From a virus (lineage: Duplodnaviria > Caudoviricetes): a stretch of 64,000 nt of DNA. Below, one piece after another: positions 1-11,500 of this stretch. The notes beneath the pieces are model-generated. The model saw nothing but the letters and a program-made list of their open reading frames with translations. It was not told the origin of the DNA and made no database searches. The DNA lies in IMG/VR virus record IMGVR_UViG_3300031998_000027, positions 52,287-116,286 of that record. The stretch is one strand, 5' to 3'. The translations under genes and the position numbers were made by a program. How positions within the stretch are numbered: position 1 is the stretch's first letter; every line of letters begins with the position of its first letter.

Positions 1-464
1 ACCAGATGGTTCGCCTTTGCAACATTGTTAAGTCCTATGGCCAGGGCGCCACGATTTTTGCGCCGCCCGAGTTCATCGCTGCGATGGGCCCCGATGCTAT
101 AGTTCCTGTTGCGACCGGTACCGGCCAAGGCATCTATCATCCTCAGGATATTGAGCGTATCCACTATCAGGGCTACATCAATATCTTCCGTGGCAATCCC
201 GTTGTGTCCTTCCGTCAGTCTTATGTTGACGATGAGAACACCAAGGTCGCTATTGACCCGCAGTTCGCTTACATTCTTCCGACTGGCGGCGAGCGCATAG
301 TCAAGGTTGTTCTTGAGGGCCAGACCCAGGTTTGGGATTGGACCAATAAGGACCAGTCCATGGAGATAGACTTCTACAAGAAAATCGGTGTTGGCATCCT
401 TGCTACCCGTAATTGGGCTATCTATCAGAACACTGCTATCACCACTCCGGTGTACGGTGGCTAA
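1..464 (+). CDS. Major capsid protein, C-terminal part (5' end outside window)
   Basis: Frame open from window edge; highly-expressed codon style; followed by strong terminator and head-tail genes; capsid-like C-terminus (IDFYKKIGVGILATRNWAIY). Confidence 0.75.
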   Translation, partial: QMVRLCNIVKSYGQGATIFAPPEFIAAMGPDAIVPVATGTGQGIYHPQDIERIHYQGYINIFRGNPVVSFRQSYVDDENTKVAIDPQFAYILPTGGERIVKVVLEGQTQVWDWTNKDQSMEIDFYKKIGVGILATRNWAIYQNTAITTPVYGG

Positions 465-486
465 GTCCTACGGTATATAAAAAAGT

Positions 487-516
487 GGGGAAGGGGATTT
501 CCCCTTCCCCTTTTTT
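487..516 (+). terminator. Intrinsic terminator after capsid gene
   Basis: GGGGAAGGGG-ATTT-CCCCTTCCCC then T6. Confidence 0.85.
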
Positions 517-553
517 AAAATAAAAATTTTTGAGTGAAAAGGAGTATGAAAAA

Positions 554-1045
554 ATGGAAAACAAGCAAGTAGTTTTAACTAGTACAATTGACGCTTTTGT
601 CAATGTTGATGTGCCAGAGTTACGTCTTAAGAGACTTTGGGAGCGCAAGGGCGCGAAGAAAACCATTCCTCTTGATGTACTGAGAGAGGCTTTTTATGAG
701 CCAAGTGTTGAGTATTTACTGCGGCAGGGTATCCTTTATATTGATGATTTAGATGTTAAGATTGAGCTTGGCCTTGAGGAAGAGTCCGCGAGAGAACCTA
801 ATGCGAAGCTTAATATTCAGATATTAAAGGACGAAGATATAAATCGTCTTTTAACTGTTGTTCCTATTTATGATTTTAAAGATAAGCTGAAGGATTATAC
901 GAAGGAACAGATTCAAGAAATCGTGGATTATGCAATAGCGCATGATTTTACTAACTTTGATAAATGTGAATATTTAAAGGAGCTTAGTGGTTTTGATATT
1001 ATCAGAACTGTTCAGTTGAATCACCAAGATAAAGAGGGGGAATAA
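554..1045 (+). CDS. Hypothetical protein in head gene cluster
   Basis: AAGGAG SD upstream of ATG 554; lies between capsid and connector genes. Confidence 0.6.
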   Translation: MENKQVVLTSTIDAFVNVDVPELRLKRLWERKGAKKTIPLDVLREAFYEPSVEYLLRQGILYIDDLDVKIELGLEEESAREPNAKLNIQILKDEDINRLLTVVPIYDFKDKLKDYTKEQIQEIVDYAIAHDFTNFDKCEYLKELSGFDIIRTVQLNHQDKEGE

Positions 1046-1048
1046 TAA

Positions 1049-1477
1049 ATGACTCCTTATTGGAAGGTCTATGAGGCCTTTCTTGCAAAAACTCTTGAAG
1101 ATGAATGGGGTCAATGGATGCCAGAAGAAACAGAAGCAGATTTACAAGCTATACTGAAAGGCGCGATTCCCTATTTTAAGTTTCCAAGAGTTAGTTTAGA
1201 AAGAGATGACCGCGGTTTTATTGAAGACTTGAATAATGAAGAAATTCAAATTCTTGCGACTTATATGAAGTGTGAATGGTTAAATCGGTCTATTATGACT
1301 TGGGAGAATGTAAAGCCGCTTTATGAGGAAAGAGACTTCTCTCAAGCAAATTTATTGGACAAATTAAAAAGTACCTTGGAATACGAGCGACTTAATGCCG
1401 CGCGCCTTGAAGGTTTTTATTATCGTTCAATAAAAGGGCAGTCTTATAAATATAGTAACTTGGCAGGAAGCACTTGA
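1049..1477 (+). CDS. Putative head-tail adaptor/connector
   Basis: 142-aa helical protein; synteny after capsid. Confidence 0.5.
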   Translation: MTPYWKVYEAFLAKTLEDEWGQWMPEETEADLQAILKGAIPYFKFPRVSLERDDRGFIEDLNNEEIQILATYMKCEWLNRSIMTWENVKPLYEERDFSQANLLDKLKSTLEYERLNAARLEGFYYRSIKGQSYKYSNLAGST

Positions 1478-1743
1478 TGACTTATGTTGAGTCTATAAAA
1501 GAAGGCTATTATAATAAACTTCGTAATAAACTCTTTGGGTTACTTTGTGAATTTGAAAAAGGTAGAGAATGGGAGAAGTTCTTAGACTCTATTTTAATTG
1601 AATTAATGGGGTTCCCAGATGAGGAAAAAACCATTAATTATTTCACACTTTTTTATAAGATTTCAACCTTAAGATATTTGAAATATGAGTATTTTCGTTC
1701 AACAATTTTTGATTGTATGGATTTATTAGGCAAGGAGGGATAA
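1474..1743 (+). CDS. Hypothetical protein
   Basis: Coupled 89-aa ORF in structural operon. Confidence 0.55.
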   Translation: MMTYVESIKEGYYNKLRNKLFGLLCEFEKGREWEKFLDSILIELMGFPDEEKTINYFTLFYKISTLRYLKYEYFRSTIFDCMDLLGKEG

Positions 1744-1744
1744 T

Positions 1745-2485
1745 ATGGATAGGAAACCTCCGGTTGGCTATTATGATATTTATCTAAAAAGATTAAATAG
1801 ATATGGGTTAAATTATCAAGAAAGAACTCAAAAGAAAAGAGAACGCGAGTTTGAGGATTATATGCTTAAAAGCGTTTATCTAATTGAGTTTGAATATGAT
1901 GATGAGACCCATCCAGGCATTTTTGAACGATATAAACAAGATGAAACTGAAACTTTACATTATCTTTTAACGCGCACTTCTCTTAATATGCCGAATGGTA
2001 CGATTTTAATGTTACCTAACAAAGACGATATTAAACAGCCTTGGATGATTTGGTATCTAGAGAGGATTAAAGCTAGCGGATATAATCGCTATATTATGTT
2101 AAGGATGACCCATTTTCTTACTTGGACAAGTAGGGATAAGGTTACAAGAACTTCTTGGGCATATATGTATGGTCAAGAAAATAATATGTTAAAAGATGAG
2201 CTACAATCGCGCAGCCGTATGGATACGCGATATACCGAAAATTTAAAGCTAAGTTTCTTTGTTATGCCTACTACTCCATATTTAAGAAAAGATGATTATT
2301 TAGAAATTGGTGAAGGACTTTTACAAGAGTCATATCGTGTAACCGGTTATGATATTCAATCTTCTGCGGGAGTTGAATATGTAAGTGTTGACCCAATTTA
2401 TAAATATGATTTAACTCCTCCACCTGAGCAAACACCTGAAGATAATCCAGAAGATTTCTATTGGTTAAATGGAGGTGGGTCATAA
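1745..2485 (+). CDS. Putative head closure/neck protein
   Basis: 246 aa, GGAGG SD, beta-rich, synteny. Confidence 0.45.
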   Translation: MDRKPPVGYYDIYLKRLNRYGLNYQERTQKKREREFEDYMLKSVYLIEFEYDDETHPGIFERYKQDETETLHYLLTRTSLNMPNGTILMLPNKDDIKQPWMIWYLERIKASGYNRYIMLRMTHFLTWTSRDKVTRTSWAYMYGQENNMLKDELQSRSRMDTRYTENLKLSFFVMPTTPYLRKDDYLEIGEGLLQESYRVTGYDIQSSAGVEYVSVDPIYKYDLTPPPEQTPEDNPEDFYWLNGGGS

Positions 2486-2982
2486 TGGGAGTTAGAAATT
2501 GTCGAGATATAGGCGAAAATCTTCAAAAGATTGTAACTCGTTTAATGGCTAATGATAAATTAGTTAATCTGCTTTATTTTACAGATAAAGACCCACTTTC
2601 TCATAATCCTTTACAAGAGGGAGAAAAGAGAGACCTAATCTTTGATAAGCTTATTAAAATTGTCCCACGACTTGGCGCTGAAGAGAAAGAATTAGCAACT
2701 TCTATAATTTCTATCCGTGTTGTGCGCGGGCGCCAGAATAGTGAAAATAGTGAATTTAAGGATATGATAATTGAAGTTGAGACTTTTGTTCCTTTGACTC
2801 AATGGATGATTAAAGATTCTAATTTGCGGCCTTTTGCTATTATGGGCGAAGTTCAAGAAAGTCTTAATGGTAAGACTATTAATGGACTAGGAAAAATGGT
2901 TGGTGGAGATTTTGACTTAAACTTTTTGTCTGAAGAAATATCTTGTTATGTGCAGATGTTTTATCTAACAAGTTATGAGTAA
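2485..2982 (+). CDS. Putative tail terminator/completion protein
   Basis: GGAGGT SD before ATG 2485; upstream of tail tube. Confidence 0.45.
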   Translation: MGVRNCRDIGENLQKIVTRLMANDKLVNLLYFTDKDPLSHNPLQEGEKRDLIFDKLIKIVPRLGAEEKELATSIISIRVVRGRQNSENSEFKDMIIEVETFVPLTQWMIKDSNLRPFAIMGEVQESLNGKTINGLGKMVGGDFDLNFLSEEISCYVQMFYLTSYE

Positions 2983-3745
2983 TGAAACAACCTTTTTAGG
3001 GCTTCCTAAGGATTTTCATCATAAGTTTTTAATTTATCCGCCTACCGTTAAACAAGTTGTTGGCAATCCTAAATTCTCTCAATATAAGACATTATTAACC
3101 CTTTCTCAAGAAGAATTAGAAGATGTCTTCATTAAAAATAATAAAGAAAAAGGGTTTAATGATTATGATAAGTTTAAAGTTCCTACACCTTTTGAATATT
3201 TATTTGCTAATAGTTATCATAATAAAGAAGTAGAAGAAATTGCTAAAGAAGCCTTCTATTTCTTTACAAAGCAAGAAATAACTTTTTTATTTGAAAAAGG
3301 CTTGATTTTAATTGGTAATTTAGAAGATGAATTAAAAAGAGTTAATGGTAATGTGGATGCATTAGTCTTTTTAAAAGAAGAAGAATTTTTTGAGTTTCAA
3401 AATGAAATTCGGAATTGTCTTGGAGAAGATAAAGTAGACCCACCTGACCCAACGCTTCATCCTAGGGCGCGCCGCATGAAAGCACTTGCGCGCTATAGAG
3501 ACAAGATAAAAGCTCAAAAAGGAATGGGAATTAATTTAGAGACAACTTTGGTTTCAATTTGCTGTATGGGAATTGGAATTACTCCACTTAATATTGGAGA
3601 GTTAAGCTATGCGTCATTAAGCGAAATAATGCGTCGATATCAAGAGAAAGAAAAATATGAGATTGATATCCGAAGCTTACAAGCTGGCGCAGATTCAAAG
3701 AAAATAAAACCAAAATATTGGATTAGGAATTTAGAAAACAAATAA
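2975..3745 (+). CDS. Hypothetical tail-region protein (possible tail assembly chaperone)
   Basis: 256 aa coupled ORF directly before tail tube gene. Confidence 0.4.
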   Translation: MSNETTFLGLPKDFHHKFLIYPPTVKQVVGNPKFSQYKTLLTLSQEELEDVFIKNNKEKGFNDYDKFKVPTPFEYLFANSYHNKEVEEIAKEAFYFFTKQEITFLFEKGLILIGNLEDELKRVNGNVDALVFLKEEEFFEFQNEIRNCLGEDKVDPPDPTLHPRARRMKALARYRDKIKAQKGMGINLETTLVSICCMGIGITPLNIGELSYASLSEIMRRYQEKEKYEIDIRSLQAGADSKKIKPKYWIRNLENK

Positions 3746-3767
3746 ATAATTAGGAGGCCATAAAAGA

Positions 3768-4667
3768 ATGAATATTCTTGATAGATATGGTATTAAAGAG
3801 GTCGCTGACGTTACCTTCTATGACTTAAATGCTGATGGTACTCCGAAGCATCCTGTTTTATACCTGGACACCTTAAAGGTTACGACTATCGAGCAGACCG
3901 CCGAAGAGACTGAGGCCCGTGGCGGCAAGGGTAATGCGGCCCTTATAGCTTGGGACTATGGTAAGGAGATTAATGTTAGCATTGAGGATGCGCTGTTCTC
4001 TGCGAAGTCCATGGCTATCATGTTTGGTAATGGTACTGTTGCTGAGTATCTGACCACCACTGGTAATGATGCCTATAACGCCTTCATTATGAAGACCGAG
4101 CAGTTTAATCCGACTGGCACTACAGTTCCCACGAATGGCGGTTCTGGTTATAGCGATACTAGCGGTTGGAAGGCTAAGTTTGAGGCTCCCGATGGCAAGC
4201 TTTATACCAAGTATAATCCGAAGTTCTATGATGCCAATGGTAATGTTGCTACTGCCTTTATTGTTGGTCAGACTTACTTCTGCACCTATGATATAAAGGT
4301 CAACGGCGCTGTTATTGAGATTTCTGCTAACAGTTTCCCTGGCACCTATTATGTCACTGGCGATACCTTTGCTCGTGCCGAGGCTTCTGGTAAGGATGAG
4401 TTCTTCCAGTTTATTATCCCCAAGGCTAAGGTTCAGTCCGAGAACACCATTACGCTTGAAGCCGAAGGTGACCCCTCTGTCTTCAACATGAACCTGAAGG
4501 TTCTGCGTCCTGCGGACGGCATTATGATGAAGCTTGTTAAGTATGACCTGGCTGAGACTGGTACTGATAAGGCTGCTGAAGACCTTACCATTTATCACAA
4601 CCACTGGTTAGACGTTCCTGCTACTACGGCGACTCAGGATGCCGAGTATCAGACCGACGATACCTGA
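3768..4667 (+). CDS. Major tail tube protein
   Basis: AGGAGG SD; highly-expressed codon bias; motifs EARGGKGN..LIAWDYGKE and IPKAKV..LEAEGDPSVF; precedes tape measure. Confidence 0.8.
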   Translation: MNILDRYGIKEVADVTFYDLNADGTPKHPVLYLDTLKVTTIEQTAEETEARGGKGNAALIAWDYGKEINVSIEDALFSAKSMAIMFGNGTVAEYLTTTGNDAYNAFIMKTEQFNPTGTTVPTNGGSGYSDTSGWKAKFEAPDGKLYTKYNPKFYDANGNVATAFIVGQTYFCTYDIKVNGAVIEISANSFPGTYYVTGDTFARAEASGKDEFFQFIIPKAKVQSENTITLEAEGDPSVFNMNLKVLRPADGIMMKLVKYDLAETGTDKAAEDLTIYHNHWLDVPATTATQDAEYQTDDT

Positions 4668-4692
4668 GTAAAAATTTAATTTCGTTGAAAAT

Positions 4693-4727
4693 GGGTGGAT
4701 GGCCGGCGCTGTCCACCCTTTTCTTTT
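4693..4727 (+). terminator. Intrinsic terminator
   Basis: GGGTGGATGG/CTGTCCACCC hairpin plus TTTTCTTTT. Confidence 0.75.
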
Positions 4728-4738
4728 AGGAGGAACAA

Positions 4739-5530
4739 ATGGAAAACGAGTTCTCACTTAAAGAATTGTATGAAGTGTTCTTAAAAACTACTTATCCTAT
4801 GGAGATTGCAGGAAAGCAGTTTCAAGAGGGAGAAAACCTCTGCATATTTGATAAAATTCAAATAGCAAGTTTTAATGAGAGAAAGGAAGTTGTTACCGCG
4901 CACGGCGGCTTTGAAGATAGAGACCGAGTTTTTTGGGAGACAACCAAAGAAATTGATATAGATTTTTCTCAAGGAATTTTTAATAGTTTACAGTTTGCTC
5001 TTTTAAATAATTCAAAATTATTAAGAACTGTTGACAATACTGCTTTGAGAATTCCTATTAGAGAAAAAATTGAGAGTAATAGGCAAAAGAAAGTTATTTT
5101 AACAAAGGTACCTTGCGCACATACTGAGGTTTTCTTTTATGATGCACAGACGGGTGAAAGAGTAAATTTAACTTTTGTTCAGGAAAGAGCATATGAGGCG
5201 CCAACTGCTTTTAAAGAATATATTTGTGATTATTATTATGATTACGAAAATGGCGCGCAGTATGTTACAATAGGAAATAGAATGATAAATGGGTTCCTTC
5301 GCTTAGAAGGAAAAACGCGAGTAAAGGATGATATTACAGGTAAAACTAGAACCGGAATTATAGAAATTCCTAAATTAAAATTAATGTCTGGTTTATCTAT
5401 GAGATTGGGGAAAAATGCGAACCCTGTGGTGGCTAATTTTAGAACCTTAGCTGTGCCAGTTGGGGCGAGAGAAAGTAGTTCTGTAATTAATCTCTATTTC
5501 CTCAATGATGATATAGATAGTGATATGTAA
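4739..5530 (+). CDS. Tail-tube paralog (minor tail protein)
   Basis: Collinear similarity to 3768-4667 (KELYEV/KEVADV; AHGG..W.T.KEI/ARGG..W.YGKEI; IPKLKL..P.V.NF/IPKAKV..PSVFN). Confidence 0.6.
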   Translation: MENEFSLKELYEVFLKTTYPMEIAGKQFQEGENLCIFDKIQIASFNERKEVVTAHGGFEDRDRVFWETTKEIDIDFSQGIFNSLQFALLNNSKLLRTVDNTALRIPIREKIESNRQKKVILTKVPCAHTEVFFYDAQTGERVNLTFVQERAYEAPTAFKEYICDYYYDYENGAQYVTIGNRMINGFLRLEGKTRVKDDITGKTRTGIIEIPKLKLMSGLSMRLGKNANPVVANFRTLAVPVGARESSSVINLYFLNDDIDSDM

Positions 5531-5534
5531 ATAG

Positions 5535-5572
5535 AAATCAGCATTAATTTTAGATTAATGCTGATTTTTTTT
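5535..5572 (+). terminator. Hairpin/terminator before tape measure gene
   Basis: AAATCAGCATTAAT/ATTAATGCTGATTT plus T-run. Confidence 0.65.
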
Positions 5573-5587
5573 ATTGGAGGGAATAAG

Positions 5588-8500
5588 ATGGCTGATAAAA
5601 AGTTTAATATCACATTTGATGTTGATGCTAATATTACGCCAGTAAAGAATGCGATAAGCGGGCTGCAAAGCGCACTTAGTAAGATTAATATACCCGAGAA
5701 TTTTAAAAAGGGATTAACAGATACTTTTACCAAATTAGATAATGAAATTAAGAATTTTGAGTCTATTGCTAGTAAGGGATTTACTAATCTTGCGGATGTC
5801 AATAAGGCCGAAAAGTCTTTTGATAGAGTTACAGATTTACTAAGTAAATTAAGAACTGAAGCTGCGCGATTAAAGGGAGTAGATCCAAACAAGTTATTAC
5901 CGAAGGAAACGATTGATAAGACCAAAGCTTTACATTCTGAATGGGTTAAATTAAAGGCCGCGATGGATAAAGGTTTTGGTAATACTGCAGAAATTGCAAA
6001 GCAAAATCAAGAGTTAGATAAACAAAACAATAAATTAGAAGAACTTCAAGGTAAATATAATGACCTCGCCGCGGCGAATAAAACTATGGGTGCGAGAAGA
6101 GGAACTTTATCTCAATCCTTAGATGCTGACACAAAAAAGGCTACAGAGCTTGTTGCAAGAATGCAAGAGCTTGAAAAAGTCAAAGGTGGTAACAGAACTG
6201 CTGAATATAAACAATTAAGTGGCCAGTTGGAAGTTTTAAATGGTAGCATTAAGCGAAATCAAACTGAATATGATAACTTAGGTAAAAAAATTAATGAGAA
6301 TAAAACAGCAATGGCTGGTTATTCTACTCAAATCACTTCAACTGGAAATACTATATCTCAGATTACTGCAACAATAGAACAGTTAAAATCTGCGGCGCAA
6401 CAGACTCCTGAAGGTTTAAACCAGTTAAGAGAAAAACTCGCAGAGGTTAAAGGGGTTAATTTAAACGAAATTCCAACTGATATTGATGCAATTGGCAGAG
6501 AAATTCAAGATTTAAATGTTGATCAAGTTCGACAATTAACTCAGTCAATAGATGGATTAGAACCGCCATTAAAAGAAGCTACTAATGCCACTCAAGGCTT
6601 AGGCAATGCAATGGACACAGCCTCTGGTCAAATGCGTGAAATGACCGCCAGAGAGAAAGAAATTGAACAACTTGCAAATCGAGTAAAGTATTTCTTCTCA
6701 ATTGGTAATACTGTCCAACTTTTTAAACGAGCTGTTAAATCTGCTATTAATACAGTTAAAGAACTTGATGAAGTAATGACTCAAGCCGCTGTGGTTACTA
6801 AGTTTGATGTCAGTGGTATGTGGGCTCAATTACCTGAGTACACGAAGCGCGCGAATGAACTTGGTGTCACGGTTAAGGGTGTCTATGAAGCTTCAACTCT
6901 GTACTATCAACAGGGTCTTGAAACTGAGCAGGTTATTGGAGTTACAAATGAAACTCTGAAAATGGCTAAGATTGCTGGCCTTGACTATGCAACAGCAACT
7001 AACTATATGACTTCTGCCCTTCGTGGGTTCAACATGGAAGTTAATGAACTTTCTGCACAGAAAGTTAACGATATATATTCTCAGTTAGCGGCGAAGACGG
7101 CATCTAATGTCGAAGAAATTTCTATAGCTATGTCTAAAGTTGCTCCTCTGGCACATAATGCTGGTATGGAAATTGAGACAACTGCTGCAATGCTTGCTCA
7201 GATGATTGAGAAGACTCGTGAAGCACCTGAGACTCTCGGTACTGCTATGAAAACTGTTATAGCACGCTTCCAAGAGTTAAAGAAAGACCCCGCGCTTATT
7301 GAGCCAGTTGATGGTGAAATGGTTGATGCTAATAAGGTTGAAACTGCACTTAATACAATTGGTGTTGCATTAAGAGATACAAGTGGCCAGTTTAGACAAT
7401 TAGATGAGGTTTTTCTTGAGATTTCACAAAAATGGGATACTCTTGATGTTAATACACAAAGATATATAGCTACAATTGCGGCTGGTTCTCGTCAGCAATC
7501 TCGTTTTATTGCTATGATGGCTGACTACGCAAGAACTACAGACCTTGTTAAATTAGCCAATAATTCAGCTGGAGCAAGTAGCGAACAGTTTGAAAAGACT
7601 CAAGCTTCATTAGCAACAGCTTTAAATAGATTAAAGAATGCTTGGGACCAGTTTGCAATGGGTCTGGCTAATAATGAAGTTATTAAAAAGGTTATAGATT
7701 TAATTACTGGATTTATTAATATTGTTAATAAGGCTATTGATACGATTTCTCGTGGAAATAGTATCGTCAAGTCTATTCTTAATCTTGGTGCTTTATTGGG
7801 TGGAATTAAATTAGCAAAAGCTGCTTTTACTGGATTTTTTAATTGGTTACTAAAAGGAAGTAAATTAATTGGAGCTGAGGCTGGAGCCAGTTTTGGTGCG
7901 AATATTAGAAAATCATTAAAATCATTAGAAAAGGCCTTTGCTAAAACAACTTGGGTTGGTCCAAACTTAACTGCAGCTAGAGTTGAGGTACAAAAATTAG
8001 CTGCGGCTGATTTAACTACGGCAGATGCACAAGATAGATTATCTGCTGCGCAAGCAATATATAATAGGTTATTAAAGGAATCAATATCTGGTTTAACGTT
8101 GACTAATGCTCAACAAGCCGCCGCTAATACGTTAATTGGTATGGGTGTTGATGAAACGTTAGCTCAAGCCGCTGCACTTAGCGGACTTACAAAAGAAGAA
8201 GTAGATGAAATTATAACCAAGGGAATTAATAATAAAGAAACAGAAGAACAAATAACAGCAAGATTAGTTGAAGTTGCAACAATAAAAACAGAAGCCGGAG
8301 CAGAAGCTGGTTTAATTACTACTCAAAAGATGGGTATTTTAACTAGATTAAAATATATAGGTCTTTTAATATTTGGTACTAGAAAACAAAGAGAAGACGC
8401 CTTTTCTAAATTAGGAATGGCTGGGGCGACTGCTACAGCCACAGCAGCTCAAGAAGCTTTTAATGCATCTCTTTATGCTTGTCCGATAGGCTGGATTATT

Positions 8501-11500
8501 GCTGGTATTTTAGCATTAGTTGCTGCAATGACTATATTGGTAGTTCTTGTTGCTAAGAAATTTTCACTTACAGAAAAAATGAAAAATGCTGCAAAAGAAA
8601 CCGATGCGGCAAAAGAGTCTGCTAATGAAGCCAAGCAAGCATATGATGATCTTTTAGGTGATAATGAAAAATATGATGAATTACAAAAGACTTTAGAAGA
8701 TTTAACATATGGTACTATAGAATGGAAACAAGCTTTAGTTGAAGTAAATAATCAGGTTTTAGAATTAATTAATAAATATCCAGCTTTAATTAAGTTTTTA
8801 GAAAGGGGCCAATTTGGACAGTTACAAATTAGTGAGGCTGGTTGGGATCAATTAATTAAAGAGCAAGAAAATACTATGTTAAATACTCAAGGAGCTTTAA
8901 CTCTTGCTCGTAGCAAGGAATTTGAATATCAAGCCCAAAAAGCTTTACAAGATGCCAAATCATTAGCTATTTATACTTCATCTACTGTTACTGGAGGAAA
9001 TGCTCCTGTTGCCTCTTATACTAGCATTTTTGATGAAGATACTTTTAATTATGTTAAAAAATTAGTAGATGAAGGTCAAGTTAAAGATTTTGCGGATTCT
9101 GTAAAAAATGCCGGAATTGCTAGTCTTTTATCTGCTGAAGAAATTGAAGATTTAGGACAAGCTTTAATTAATTATAGAAATGTCGTAATTGATACAAATA
9201 ATAAAATAAATAGTAGTTTAGAAGCTTTCTTTATAACTGCTATCTCTGCTGATAAAAGCACTCTTTTAGGTGGATCTGCTGGTAATATAGCACACGCTTT
9301 TAGTAAAAAATATTCTACAAATAATGAAAGGAGTATTCAAGAAAAATCTGAAAGTATTTATAAAGATGATGGTTACGCAGAATTTCGTCATAATGAATAT
9401 TTCCAACAATTAGCGGCGAAGTATGATGTTTCTGCTCAAATGGTTGGTAAAGATCTTGAAGATTTGCAGACATTATATAAAGCAGTAAAAGGAGTAGAGA
9501 CCATACCTCAAGAAATAGAAAAAAATAAACGAGCGCTTGCTAATGCAATAGCAGAAGTAGAATTATCAGAGGTATATACAGAAGCTATTAATAAATTTAC
9601 AGATCAATTTATAACCTTATCTAATAATGAGCAAGAAATTTTAAACCTTGTAATGTCTGAGGGTTTAAATTATATAGATAAAAATCCTGAGTATTTAGGA
9701 GATTTTTATAAAAAGAATCAAGAATTATTGGATCAGTTATATGGAAGTAAAGAGGGTTTTGTTCATGCATGGACCGAAGCGGTAGAAAATGGAAAACAGG
9801 AAATTGCAGAAGCAAAAGCAAAACTAATTGATACTGGTATTTTACCAAATGCAGATGAATTATTTGGAAAAGGATTAGATGCTGGCGCGATTTCTGGTCT
9901 TTCAGAAAATTTAATAAAAGTTTTTGAAGTATCTGGTACTGAAGCTGCTTCTACTTTAGCTAATTCTATTCAAGATATAGTAAATCAAATTAGTAATCCA
10001 GAAGATGCTGCGAAATTTGCAACAGTATTAAACAGTATTGATTGGTCAAAAACCGAACAAATTGAAGGATTAAGCGATAGTTTAAAAGAATTAATTACTT
10101 CTACGGACCTTTCTGAAGAGGACTTAAATGAATTAGAAAATCAAATGATTCTTCTTGCTAAAGCTACTAGGACAGTTGATTTAGAAAAAGTTGCTGATCA
10201 AATAAAATCATTAAGTAAAATTCAATATAATATTAAAAATGGCGAACAAAAGGGGACTTTTTCAGAAGAAGATTATAAAACTTTAATTGATGCTGGAGTT
10301 GCTAGCGCAGGAGATTTTGTTTACAATTTAGCAACCGATTCTTGGGATTATATTGGCGGCTCAATGGAAGAGCTAAATATTGCATTAGATAATAACACAA
10401 AGGCTTTATTAGGACAAGAAGATTTAGAGCGTGGTATTGAAATATCTAAGGCGGCAAGGCAAACTATTGAAGAAGTAGATACTGTTAATTTTAGTGATGC
10501 CACTAGCTTAGGAAACGCTTTAGGGACATTTTTAGAAAAAACTGGAGGGAATAATGGAATTGTCTCCGAAGATTGGTTAAAATATAATCAAGGAGATGTC
10601 GATGCATTAGCTGAAAAATGGCGTGAAGTGGTTGGCGAAGCTGTTATGCTTGAAGACAGAGAAAATAAACTTTCTGATGTCATAAGAACAGGTGAGGTAA
10701 CTCGCGCGCAGAATAATAGTATTTCTTCTAATGTTACTAGAGCAATGGAAGCTACTGGTGGAACATTATCAGTTGAAAAAACTCCTATGATATTTGGTGC
10801 AAGTGAATATACTGATGCATTATTGGCACAAGGGAAGGCTTTAGAAGTAGACCAAGAACTTCTTGACAAATTTAATAATAGTTTAAAGGAAGGACAATGG
10901 AGCTATGCAGGTCTTTATGCGCAACAAATAGCTAATATTGCCGCGACTTATGAAGAAGCAAAAGCAAATGAAATTGATATTGAAAGTGTTAAACAGCTTG
11001 CTGATTATTACATAAAAAATGGGACTCTTACTGAAGAACAAATTGATGAAGCAAATAAATTAGCTTTGGCTATTTTAAAACAAAAACAAGGTCTTGAATC
11101 TTTATCAGATAGTTATGAAACTTGGTCTAATAATATTCGTACTATGGATAAAAATTCTGATGAATATCGGGATTCTGTAGAAGGTATGCGGAAGGCTATT
11201 AAACAATTAACTAATACTTCTAAAGACTTATCAGATGAATTTTTAACTAACGAAGATACCCTACAAATGGTTCAAGATGTGTTAGATGGAACAGAGGGTT
11301 CTGTTGAAAAATTACAAAAAGCTATTGGGCAAAATTTTCTTGATGGCTTAACTTTTAGCGGAGACCCGCAAGCTCTAATAGACGGTATTTTAGCCTATAA
11401 TCCTGAAATTGAAATTGGAACTACCATTAATAATAATGAATTTTTAAACGGCTTATATGATATGATGATAGATGCTGATGCTACTGTTGCGCAAATTCAA

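Noticed and set aside
3873-4604. 243-aa antisense ORF over the tail tube gene, and similar shadows at 49541-50143, 5494-5925 and 38416-38817
   Set aside because: Expected by-product of codon bias on the coding strand; no SD and no motifs
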